From NCBI GenBank assembly GCA_951406725.2, contig OX597829.1, positions 36,580,001 through 36,644,000 of the forward strand: a stretch of 64,000 nucleotides of DNA, read 5' to 3'. The position numbers were made by a program, and so were the translations under genes. Shown here piece after piece: positions 12,451 through 24,349 of the stretch (the first letter of the stretch is position 1; each line of letters starts with the position of its first letter). This DNA comes from Octopus vulgaris. Its lineage: Eukaryota. The notes under the pieces are model-generated. The model was given only the letters and a program-made list of their open reading frames with translations, was not told the DNA's origin and made no database searches.

Positions 12451-13027
12451 TTGTGTGCAATGTAGAGGGATCGGAGGTCATTTTGTTGTTTCCGTTGTAA
12501 TTGCTTATGGTGGTACTGAGAATGTGAACAATGGTGATGCCGGTGGCTGTAGAAAGTGGATATAGTAATGGTAATGGTGGTAATGGCGGTAATGATCATG
12601 CTGGTGCTGATGGTTGTAGTATTGGTAATGGGTTCGGATTATGTTTTGCTTGCTGGTATGCTAAGTCGTGGTGGGGGATGTAGCGATAGAGTTAGGTAAA
12701 ATTTGGATTATTGGAAGGGGTCGATTGGAGGGAGTTTTGGGAGGTAGGTTTTACTTAGCTATACGTCAACCCTGATCAACATCGTTCCAGCAACGACCAC
12801 CTCTATTTCTTAATTTTTTTTTTCTGTCCGGACAAATGTGTCCAATGTGTTCTCTTTCAAGACGAAGTGCAGAAGATAGGGTTGCTATTTCTATCAGGGC
12901 TTGTGACCAGATAAGGTTCCTTCGTTGGAGTGTTTTTGCTGTGAGCAGTTGTTGTGGCAGTGACGTGGTTGATGGATATAACAGCGAATGCTGATGAATG
13001 GAACAGAAGTATCGATGTGATTAATGG

Positions 13028-13068
<41 letters not shown>

Positions 13069-14322
13069 AGTTGTGGTTGGGGTGCAAAAGTGGTTGTATG
13101 TGTGGTGATCGGATAAATGATATTCTTGGTCCTGGCGAAGTGGTGAGAATAGGGAAGGGGATCATCATAGTGTTGGAGATTGATGGAGATTGTGATGCTG
13201 GTAGTTGTGGTGATGGTAACGGTGGTTGGTGGAGACAATGACGGTGACTGGAGTGGAGATGGTGAAGATGAACGTGGTGGTGGTGGTGGTGGTGGTGGTG
13301 GTGGTTATGATAGTGCTAGTGATGATGATAGTGATGATGATAGTGATGAAGACACGCTGCTGGCAGGAATGATCATGGAAACGATCATTGGTGAAGGCGA
13401 TGGTGATGGAAATGGTTATAGTGATGCTTGTGGCGACAGATTGTCATTGTGGAGTTCAGAGATGCTGATGTACACTGCTTACGTGGCAGTTGGTCTACTT
13501 AATTGCCGCTAAATGGCTATAAGTAGCCGGCGAAATGAACAGGAAGATGGAGTTGCTGGTGTGACGTGGGTGGGTTTTGCGATTGGTGTAAAAGAGGAAC
13601 AGCGACAGCAAAATGAATCAACAACAATAATACATGATAAAAAGATTTTTTTTTTTTTTAATTAAGTCCAATAACCAAACAGAAATATGAGTAACGATGG
13701 GTAAATGATATATAGATGATGGTAAAATACTAGTTACATGATGGGGATACAGGAAACGTATAGATGACTGGTGGCAGCTGGGTTAGATTTATACTTAGAT
13801 AATGTTGGGATGATGAGTTCAAGATACATGAATAGATGATGGGTGTGTGATGATTAGAGACTGAATAGTTAGTGTAAACATTATGACATTTGAAACAAAA
13901 CTGGCATGACTGGAAAGAGAAACAAACAAACAAACAAACAAACAAAAAAGAAATTAATGTGTGACTACGGCAAAGCAGGACCGCGGAGACAAGGAGACAT
14001 ATACGAATGATTAGAGAGAAGGAAAGAGAGAGAGGGAGAGGAAGAGAAAGAGGAAGAAGAAAACAATATAAATATAAAGGGAAAACTAGTAAAACGGAGA
14101 GTGAGTAATGCAAATATAGAACGCAAGGTAATTAACCAGATGTATACGTGTGTGTACGTGTGCATGCATACATATGTGTGTGTATATGTGTGTGTATGTG
14201 TTTGAATATGTATATATATATGTGTGTGTGTGTGTGTGTATGTGTGTGTGTGTGTGTATATATGTATGTATATATATATATATATATATGTGTATATATG
14301 TGTGTGTGTGTGTATATATATA

Positions 14323-14373
<51 letters not shown>

Positions 14374-14595
14374 CATACGTACCTTCTCTCTCCCTCCCGC
14401 CTACCTACCTACATACATACATGCATGCATACATACATGCATGCATGCATACATACATACATACATACATACATACATACATACATACATACATACATAC
14501 ATACATGTACCCAGGGAAGGTTCAAGAGGATTCGGACGAACCCCACCAGCAACTGTTGTGGGATCCACTCTACATAAACACTTTCTATGTAAACA

Positions 14596-14980
14596 CCCAG
14601 GCGTGGCTATGTAGTAAGAAGCTTGCTTCCCAATCAACATGACCCCGGGTTCATTCCCACTGCGTGACACCTTGGGTAGGGGTCTTCTACTATAACTTCA
14701 GGTTGACCAAAGCCTTGTGAGTGGATTTAGTAGACGGAAACTGAAAGAAGCCCGTCGTATATATATGTGTGTGATTTTCCTCTCCACCGATTGACAACCG
14801 GTGTTGATATATTTCGTTTCGTCCCCATAACTTAGCGGTTCGGCAAAAGAGTCCAATAGAATAAGTACCAGGATTTTTAAAAATAAGTCCTGGGATCGAT
14901 TTGTTCGACTAAAACCCTTCAAGGCGGTGCTTCAGCATGGCGGCAGTCAAATGACTAAAACAAATAAAAGAATAAAAGAA
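14596..14980 (+). mobile_element. SINE family B
   Basis: Matches 5211-5585. Confidence 0.8.
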
Positions 14981-15134
14981 TATGAAAATTTTTTTTTAAA
15001 TATTGTATTTGTGGTGAGAGATTTTGAAATGACATTCATAAATGTACGTGCATGCATATTATTTATATTTGCAGCAGCATCACGAAAAGCATCATTGCTG
15101 TTAATGTGTTTCGTCCTACTTATGATTACCATTA

Positions 15135-15340
15135 TTGGTGAACTAACAGAATCGCTAACATGCCAGGCAAAGTGCTCAGCGGCATTTCATCCGCCTTTAC
15201 ATTCTGAGTTCAAATTCCGCCGAAGTCGACTTTACCTTTTATCCTTTCGGGTTCGATAAAACAAGTACCGTTTGGGTACTGAGATGTAATCAAATTACTT
15301 GCTTCCCGCAAAATTGCTGGCCTTGTGCCAAAATTTAAAA
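15135..15340 (+). mobile_element. Diverged SINE family A relative with a different 3' tail
   Basis: TTCTGAGTTCAAATTCCGCCGAAGTCGACTTT core; tail GGCCTTGTGCCAAAATTT also at ~16127-16145. Confidence 0.65.
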
Positions 15341-15359
15341 TGACTGTTACCACTAATAT

Positions 15360-15592
15360 CTATTTCTTTACTACCCACAAGGGGCTAAACACAGAGAGGA
15401 CAAACAAGGACAGACAAACAGATTAAGTCGATTATATCGACCCCAGTGCGTAACTGGTACTTATTTAATCGATTCCGAAAGAATGAAAGGCAAAGTCGAC
15501 CTCGGCGGAATTTGAACTCAAAACGTCACGGCAGACGAAATACCGCTAAGCATTTCGCCGAGCGTGCTAACGTTTCTGCCAGCTCGCCGCCT
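15360..15592 (-). mobile_element. SINE family A, full length
   Basis: Complete head-to-tail match to 1893-2126. Confidence 0.9.
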
Positions 15593-15867
15593 CATTAGTA
15601 TTAGTGTTACTACTAATACTATTACCTGAGGTACTTTCTCAGCCTGCACCATGATTAAATACGGGGGTTACAATATCGTAATAGTTAAAAACATACTAAA
15701 AAGCGTCACTCATTTTACTTACCTTGGCAGCATTATATTATGTTGAGCGGGAATAAACGAAACAGTGAGCTCTAAAATTTTATGGCTAAAACTTCATCTG
15801 CATATGGGCGTCTTACTGAGCGACTATTCAAAAACTGTAATATCTAAATAAAAGTAAAATATAAAGA

Positions 15868-15943
15868 ACGATGTGGTATCAAAGCGTTACCAGACAAGGT
15901 ATTAATCATAACCAGTCCGGGAAACTTTTGGTACCACCTCGTA
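15868..15943. mobile_element. ~75-bp mariner-derived mini-MITE
   Basis: ACGATGTGGTATCAAA...TTTTGGTACCACCTCGTA; ends resemble the TIRs of the mariner at 61351-62214. Confidence 0.6.
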
Positions 15944-17007
15944 TACAGCCATTATCATCTCGACTTTACTGTATGGTGCAGATGTAACTTTTGTCCCCCT
16001 TTACGTTCTGAATTCAAATTCCGCCGAAGTCGACTTTACATTTTATCCTTTCGGGGTCGATAAATTAAGTACCAGTTGAGTACTGGTATCGATGTAATCA
16101 ACTTATCCGCTTCCCACAAAATTTCTGGCCTTGTGCCAAAATTTGAAATCCTTTTCATTTTCGTTGGATCTTCATCTTTTTCTGCAGAAGATGTAACGTT
16201 ACAAAACACAAGTGAAAAGGATTTGTCATACCTTTGTCATGGGATAGCTGAGAACTATCATGCACATCAAATGGTGGCAATATAACTCAAATTCTGAAGT
16301 CCTCAGGAAGTTTAACATTCAATAAATGTGCCATCAGTGAAATTTCTAAAGAATAAACCACATTGCCAGACTTGACAATGATAAACTCCCAGAGAAAGTT
16401 CTATTTTCACAACTAATAGACGGCTATCGAAACATTGGTGGACCCAAATTGGGACTGATGGACACTGCCAAGCGGAAGCTTAAATATTTATCTATCCCCA
16501 GTAACAAGTGATACTAGTTAGCTATTGATCGCCCAATCAAGAGAGACCTGATCCATGAAATCAGTCATAGTGATAAGAAACAGGCCGGATAGGTGTGTGT
16601 ATGAGGAGATGGATGGGTGGATGATAGAATGCTCTCCAAAACTCGCTTCTTTATTTGTCACTGCAGTTTGGTGTCGTAAGCCTCCATTTTCCCACACTCT
16701 GGATTTTTATGAAAGACAAGAAACAATTCGTCAATTCTTCATATTTTAAAATAATTTCCATGTTTGCTTTACAACTCAAATCATAAAATTCACTTTTAGC
16801 ACAAATTCTTGCAACAGAATCAGAAATATTTTTCCAAGTGAGATGAAATCTATCAGAAAAATCGTCGAGTACACTCTATTTATGCCGAGTCTATTTTTCA
16901 AAATAACTAATAATTTTTAATATATACTTATGCGTCCAATTCTGTCGCGATTAGATAAAAAGAGAAAGCGAAAGAGAGAAAGAGACGGAGAGAGTAAAAG
17001 AAAAAGA

Positions 17008-17356
<349 letters not shown>

Positions 17357-17359
17357 TTG

Positions 17360-18720
17360 TTTTTAAAAGGAGGGACTATAAAACAACATTGAGAAAGGAA
17401 TGAAAACTCTGTGATATCTATTCAAGGCCAATAACAGAAGGCAAAGCAAGTTGGACAAAAATAGGCACTACTTATCCGCTTTCGATCTGTTTTATAATCA
17501 ACAGCTTTACAACAGTCTTTTCAAAGAGGTTAGGAACTTGGTGGGCAAGATGAAGGGAATGTGTTTGAAATAATGAGCAGGATTTTGACGCACGAAGCTA
17601 TTGTCAGGATGCGGATAATAGAAGAACCCTGAAACGTAAAAAATATTCAGAATGAGTTTTTTTTTTTTTTGTTATGAAACTAGTTATCAAAGAAGTGTCT
17701 GAGACTGACGTGTTAATCTTGAATCAAATAAAGAACATATCGGAAATTGAAAATCTCTCACTTGTTCCGTGCTATGTTTGTGACAACGTTACCTATGAAG
17801 AATTTATTGGCTATCAACTAGCTTCGGAACTTCACGCTGAATCGCTACGGTAGTACATGTTATCGGTGATAAAATCGATTGATACTGACATCCAGTTATA
17901 TGTAGCACAACGTTGTGATGGGGTTTCGCTCAGCAGTAGAAAAGTCGCTACCATTTAAGTAGTAGTCATGTCCACTGTCGTGCTCACCGACTCTACATGG
18001 TAGTGTTTGACTGCATATAAAATGTAAAGGCTTTAGGGGAAATTTTGCCATACTACGACAACCCTTCTAGTTCAGGGCTTAGATCACTGTGAATTATTAT
18101 TTTAAACAGTTACAGGTAGAAAAAAATGAAGATCCAACGAAAATGAAAAGCTTGCCCAATATGCATTCTTTTCAATCAGCGTACATTTTGTGTACCCTAT
18201 TGCTTTTCAGTGAGGATACAAGAGAGAGAAATTGACGAGCAAGTAATTATTATGAATTTTGTCTGCAAATGTTTGTGATCTGGTATCTCTTTTAATAAGT
18301 TTGGTTACGAATCAACATTCTGGAAAATTCTAGCAATGCTCGCTGGACATAAATGCAGCAAACGATTTTGATATTCAGTTGCACTTGGGATTTTATCTGG
18401 AGTGAAACAAACTGATCGACAGGAGTATGTGATATTCAATCAAACCATTAAAGATAATCATTTGGTTTAGTAGCAGGCAAAACGGCGATGCAAACTGCGA
18501 AAATGTTTGATGGACTTGCAGGTCATTGAGATTCTCAAAAGCCCGCAGACAAGTAATGGAGATAGTATCACTGGAGATTGCATCCTTATTGAAATAACTT
18601 TCCAAACACATTGTTGTACTACTGTCTATAAGAAATGCGAGCTGTGTGCATTGTCTTTCCAAGCTGTAGATACGTTCAAGATTTATCTATGCAATTTTAT
18701 TGCGGAATAACAGATTGGAC
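17360..18720 (+). mobile_element. Decayed hAT-superfamily transposase
   Basis: Fragments ISEIENLSLVPCYV (~17738), EEFIG (~17797) and VHCRAHRLYMVVFDCI (~17970; hAT CxxH motif); many stops. Confidence 0.65.
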
Positions 18721-19422
18721 AATGAAGGTACGACTGTCATAAAAAACGAGACAGAAGAATTTTCTGTTATATGGTCTGTGTTGGCGTTTTCGTGTCTAAT
18801 GTAATTTAGTAATTTTTAATTTATTGTAACATGGTAATTACCATAAGCAATAACTAAATTTCATTTATTATATAAAACTCATATTATTACTTATGTAAAA
18901 TTTTAATCAATCCTTGCAGTTTTCTCGCCAAACCTTTCTCTACCCGTTTAAATCTCAGGTACAGGAGCTGTAAATATCTCAACCTTTTCCCTGCTAGAGA
19001 CTGCAATAGTGGAACGTATCCTTCTTCAAAAGGGTTACGTAACTATTTGTATAAGATCGATTGACCACATTTTTAAACATATTTATGTATATATATTTAT
19101 TAATGTGCTTTTAGGTAAACACATTAGGTGTGTGTGTGTGTCCGTGTGTGCGCGCTCGCGTTCGATGAACTCCGGTGGCAGTGGTGAAATGTGGTAACAA
19201 AATCACTATTCGGCCTTTGATATATCAGAATGGACAAATGCTACTCTATTACAAACACGTATGCAGCTTTTCAGCTGTTCCCTGTGAGCAGTGGAACAAA
19301 GACCTTACGAATGGTTTATATTTCCTTGACATTTAGTGTATGATGCGGAACGTGAAAAAGCGAAGAGCAACAATTGAAATATGGTATGTGATAACTAATT
19401 GTGCAGAACTTATATCATATAC

Positions 19423-19839
19423 CTATTTCTTTACTACCCACAAGGGGCTAAACACAGAGAGGACAAACAAGGACAGACAAACGGATTAAGTCGATTATAT
19501 CGACCCCAGTGAGTAACTGGTACTTATTTAATCGACTCCGAAAGGATGAAAGGCAAAGTCGACCTCGGCGGAATTTGAACTCAGAACGTAGCGGCACACG
19601 AAATACCAATTTCTTTTCTACCCACAAGGGGCTAAATACAGAGAGGACAAACAAGGACAGACAGACGGATTAAGTCAATTATATCGACCCCAGTGCTTGA
19701 CTGGTACTTATTTAATCGACCCCGAAAGAATGAAAGGCAAAGTCGATCTCGGCTGAATTTGAACTCAGAATATGAAGACAGACGAAAAACCGCTTAACAT
19801 TTCGCCCGGCGTGCTAACGTTTCTGCCAGCTCGCTTCCT
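19423..19839 (-). mobile_element. SINE family A tandem dimer
   Basis: Two units with junction at 19606/19607. Confidence 0.85.
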
Positions 19840-20641
19840 CGAGTTTCTATACAAGAATGTAAATAGATATTTGTAATGAATAAAAAAAAAATGAAGTGTT
19901 AACTAATTTTGCTTGTCGAGATGTGTGGATAAAACGCCTTCACATGAGATATATGAGTGGTATCTAAACGTTCCCCAACTAGTTCTGTAGCGTGCCAACA
20001 AATGGCAGCACACGGTTGCGCGCGCGGTGTGAGTTTCCGTCTTCCAGTAACGTTCTTCCGCTTTTAAAGCACCTGTGCCACTCGAAACACTTCGTTGGAT
20101 GTTGTATAATATTTTTAATATTTTTTAATATCTTTTAATATTTTATAACAGTTTTTTTCTCTTTTCGTTCTTCATTTTGTCAGTTCTCACGGTTTTCTCT
20201 TCATTGTTCTATTCTACCATCTTTCAATCTTAGCCTTTGGTTTCCCCATTGATAAACTGCTACATTCCGCCCCAAGGTATCACCTCTTCCTTCTACCTTT
20301 CCTTCATTCTTTCCTCCTAGCTCAGCTTTACTTCTCTTCGTATACTATCCCCTCTCACCCTCCTACAACGGCGTCCCCCTCACACATCTCTCTGCACTAG
20401 ACCACGACGATGTTGGCTGAGATACACCAATATCTTTTAAATAGCAAGATGTCTTTCCTTAAGTATGAATAATCACAAAATTATGATTCTTTATTTTTTT
20501 TTAAATAATCTCTATATTTCTTTTGAGTATTCTAACAATTGGAGTTAGATGGAGCCAGTTATGTATTTGTATTCTTTCTCCAAACAGGATGGAAAACTCA
20601 AGAATTTTCTACGTAGAGCATTTCAGTACATCACCATTCGC

Positions 20642-20643
<2 letters not shown>

Positions 20644-20690
<47 letters not shown>

Positions 20691-20709
20691 TGAGTAAGTG
20701 AGTAAGTGA

Positions 20710-20786
<77 letters not shown>

Positions 20787-20807
20787 CGTGTGTGAGTGAG
20801 TAAGTGA

Positions 20808-20900
<93 letters not shown>

Positions 20901-20911
20901 TGAGTAAGTGA

Positions 20912-20979
<68 letters not shown>
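20644..20979 (+). repeat. (GT)n with periodic GAGTGAGTAAGT interruptions
   Basis: Directly visible. Confidence 0.95.
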
Positions 20980-20981
<2 letters not shown>

Positions 20982-21232
20982 ATGATGTTTTGATTGAAAA
21001 CTAGCGAAACAGGATGAATTGTCAGTATCGTTACAGTATCTAGCAAAATATCTTGCCGTTATTTATCTTAGCCCTTTTATTGATCTTGAATCTACCAAGG
21101 TTACCTTTGCTTTTCCTCCTTCCAGGGTCGATAAAATGAATAAGTGCTAATGCTGGTTTAGTGATTACCAGACTCCACGAATTTGTTAGCCTTGTGCTGT
21201 TACAAACATTTATGTACCACAGAGATTATATC

Positions 21233-21440
21233 TATTTCTTTACTACCCACAAGGGGCTAAACACAAACGGATTAAGTCGATTATATCGACCCCAGTGCGT
21301 AACTGGTACTTTATTTATCGACTCCGAAAGGATGAAAGGCAATGTCGACCTCGGCGAAATTTGAACTCAGAACGTAACGGCAGACGAAATACGGCTACGC
21401 ACTTCGGCCGGCGTGCTAACGTTTCTGCCAGCTCGCCGCC
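21233..21440 (-). mobile_element. SINE family A with 14-bp TSD
   Basis: CAGAGATTATATCT at 21220-21233 and 21440-21453. Confidence 0.9.
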
Positions 21441-21779
21441 AGAGATTATATCTGTTACCATTTACTTGTTCCAACCACTAGACTGTGGCCATGCTGGGGC
21501 ACAGCCTTCAAGTACTTTTTTTTTAAATCTTGTACTTGTTCTATTGGTCTTTTTTAATGAACCGCTAAGTTACGGGACGTAAACAAACCAACAACCAGTT
21601 GTTAAGCTGTGAGGAGGGGGAGAAACTGGTATACAGCAAATAAGCTTTCTCTGGGCGTGGTTAAAACTAAGTATATTCTATTCTGTTCATCAGCTGATGA
21701 CTATGACCTACCTTCACAGTCCCCAAAACATCACTTTGGTTCAAAAGAAGTTTTCAGATATAGAAAATTTCTGTGAATC

Positions 21780-22300
21780 CTTATTCTTGAAAATTTGAAT
21801 TGGAAATTGCACATTCAAGCAATAGAATCCACACTATCGACACAAAACAGAATAATCTGTAAGTAACGTAAGATTTTGGACAACAAAGCGACGAAAATAT
21901 TATATTTTTATTTTATTAATCCATATTTAATATACAATAACCTAGCTTGGGGTAGTGTCAAGAAATCAAAGTTAAGTAAACTTCATACTTTACAAAATCG
22001 TGGAGTCAGAGGTTCCTAGAAGATCTCTCTCTCTCTCGGCCTTCAATTCTTAATAATAAAATGCTAAACATTTATGAAATAAATTTGGCTGCTCACATGT
22101 TTATCACATCTATACACCAAAATATGCTCAGGAAATATTTATAAACGATATTCACAAATATCTCACGAAGTATTCTAAGGTAATATTCAAATGGAATAGT
22201 TATGCCACAACAAAGTTTAATAAATTCAGCTACCCCTATCATGGAACAATTTTCTGGAATCATTCTGTATGCAAAGATGCAACTCTCCCAGGCCCAACAT
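21780..22300 (+). mobile_element. Very old CR1/L2-group LINE 3' remnant
   Basis: FINPYLIYNNLAWGSV (~21913) resembles the post-RT P-Y-x-Y...WG motif. Confidence 0.45.
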
Positions 22301-22416
22301 ATTTTTTTTAATGTTAAAAAGTTACCGTTCAGTAATCAACAAACCTCAATATTTGATAAAACCCAACCAGTTTTAGTAATGTTAAAAACATATTTCAAAA
22401 TCTGAAAATAAAATTT

Positions 22417-23165
22417 GGATCTTTACCTTTTGACGTACAGGTTTTTAAATAATTTTTTGTAACTAAACACTTTCAAATTTCGGACACTGGTAGAATGTGT
22501 CATATAATACATGTTTTACTCTTAACATTTTTAAGAAAAACTTATATTTACGAAGTAATTTCCCGTTAAAGTTCTCGTATTTCGGTAATTTCAACCAATC
22601 AATAACGTGTATTCAGCTGAATAAAATTACTGCCGTTGTTTGTCAACAACAACTATCGGCGGTGTATTTTTCGTTTGTCACTGTTATTTGTAACATCGTT
22701 CGTGCGTTTGTACTGGTTTTACTTTTAAGGGTTAGGGTTTTAGGGTTAGGGCTAGGATTTTAGGGTTAGGGTTAGGGTTTATGGTTAGGGTTTTAGGGTT
22801 AGGGTTTTACGGTTAGGGTTAGGGTTTTAGGGATAGGGTTAGGGTTAAGGTTTTAGGGTTAAGGTTAGGGTTTTAGGGTTAGAGTTGTCATAAATAACAG
22901 TGACAGACGAAAACTACACGGCCGGAAGTTCTTGTTGACAAACAACGAAAGTAATTTTATTCAGCTGAATACACGTTATTGATTGGTTGAAATTGCCGAA
23001 ATAGGCCTACTTTAATGTGAAATTACTTCGTAAATATAAGTTTTTCTCAAAAATGCTGAGAGCAAAACATGTTTTATATGACACATTCTACCAGTGTCAG
23101 AAATTTGAAGGTGCTTAGTTACAAAACATTATTTTTCTAATCTGTACGTCAAAAGGTAAAGGTCC
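22417..23165. mobile_element. Foldback/MITE element: ~280-bp inverted arms around a telomere-like array
   Basis: 22417-22695 is the imperfect reverse complement of 22885-23165 (GGATCTTTACCTTTTGACGTACAG / CTGTACGTCAAAAGGTAAAGGTCC). Confidence 0.9.
22725..22884 (+). repeat. Interstitial telomeric-type repeats, TTAGGG mixed with TTTTAGGG
   Basis: Directly visible. Confidence 0.95.
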
Positions 23166-23317
23166 TACAATTTTAAAAATGGCTTTACATAAAGTGCTCC
23201 TCTTCGAGGCCATCATGAAATAGATGATAGTTTTTTTATTATAATCCTTCCCGATGGTCACACTAGTTAATTATGGAGATTAAGATTGTTCGGTACTGAA
23301 TATTCATCGCATACACC

Positions 23318-23815
23318 CTTCCTAGCCAATTTAATCACCGTGGCCGGCGGACAGTCGAAATAAATATATAGACGAAATCCTTTCACTTTTATAAAAAGAT
23401 TAAAAAGTTTGGAAGACTCTATGAACTAACAAGTATTCCATTTAGGTCCAATTACATGGGAGCTCTGGGCAAAATATCTAGTGTATGACCATCCTTTGGA
23501 CATAAGAAATGTTTCTGTAAAGTTTGGTGAAAATCGGTTGAGAATTGTGGAAATGTATGCGTTCAGTGTTCCTAGTCAATTTAATCACCGTCGCTGGTGG
23601 ACAGTGGAAATAAATAGCCAAAATCCTTTCACTTTCATAAAAAGATTTAAAAAGTAACCCTAACCCTAACCCTACATACAAAAACTCTATTCAATTTCGT
23701 CTATTTACGCGGGCGCTCTGGGAAAATGTTATAGTGCATGTCCATCCTCGGGACATAAGTAATGTGTATGTAAAGTTTAGTGAAAATTGGTTGAGAATTG
23801 TGGAAATGTATGTGA
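23318..23815. repeat. Tandem duplication of a ~250-bp unit (possibly a non-autonomous Helitron/Helentron-like repeat), with (CCCTAA)3
   Basis: ttcctag.caatttaatcaccgt and aaagttt.gtgaaaat.ggttgagaattgtggaaatgtatg each occur twice; class assignment is tentative. Confidence 0.6.
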
Positions 23816-23862
23816 TAGTCATTATACACATACATACTGCAATTTATATACACTAGATATTT

Positions 23863-24018
23863 ACGGCGGGCTTTTTTCTTTTTCCGTTTACCAAATCGAC
23901 TCACAAGTCTTTGGGCGGTCCGAGGCTATAGCAGAGGACACCTGCTCAAGATGCCACGCAATGGGACTGGACCCGGAACCATGTCGCTAGGAAGCAACTA
24001 TCTTTTCACATAGACACC

Positions 24019-24020
<2 letters not shown>
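23863..24020 (-). mobile_element. SINE family B head, diverged
   Basis: Reverse-complement match to 5211-5375. Confidence 0.7.
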
Positions 24021-24068
<48 letters not shown>

Positions 24069-24092
24069 GTGTGTGTGTGTAAATGTAATATG

Positions 24093-24187
24093 TGACAATT
24101 ATTCGGATAACTGAAGAGGTGGCAGCGTGGATTTCCACCTCGGCATCCGAAACTCGGAGTTTTATCATGGCTACCGAATAATTGTCA
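24093..24187 (+). ncRNA. Type I hammerhead-ribozyme motif in a Penelope-type repeat
   Basis: Stem I GATAA/TTATC extended by TGACAATTATTCGG/CCGAATAATTGTCA; core CTGAAGA...GAAA; stem III ACTCGGAGT; cleavage triplet GTT. Confidence 0.65.
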
Positions 24188-24259
24188 TTTACAGATAAAT
24201 TCCTCTATTTACATAATATCGAGGTCTCCTTCATTCTTTTGTTGTCTTACCATTGTTAT

Positions 24260-24312
<53 letters not shown>

Positions 24313-24349
24313 TGTGTGTGTGCATACGCTTATAAATTTGTATTTGCAA

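Noticed and set aside
11807-12599. Mucin-like (Thr/Ser) or His/Gln-rich protein gene
   Set aside because: Open in several frames on both strands because of triplet repeats; no convincing start, signal peptide or splice context
13180-13512. Acidic Gly/Asp-rich ORF
   Set aside because: Built from GGT/GAT repeats within the same low-complexity zone; no recognisable domain
22725-22884. True telomere or chromosome-fusion site
   Set aside because: Short, degenerate, single orientation and enclosed in inverted arms of a repeat element
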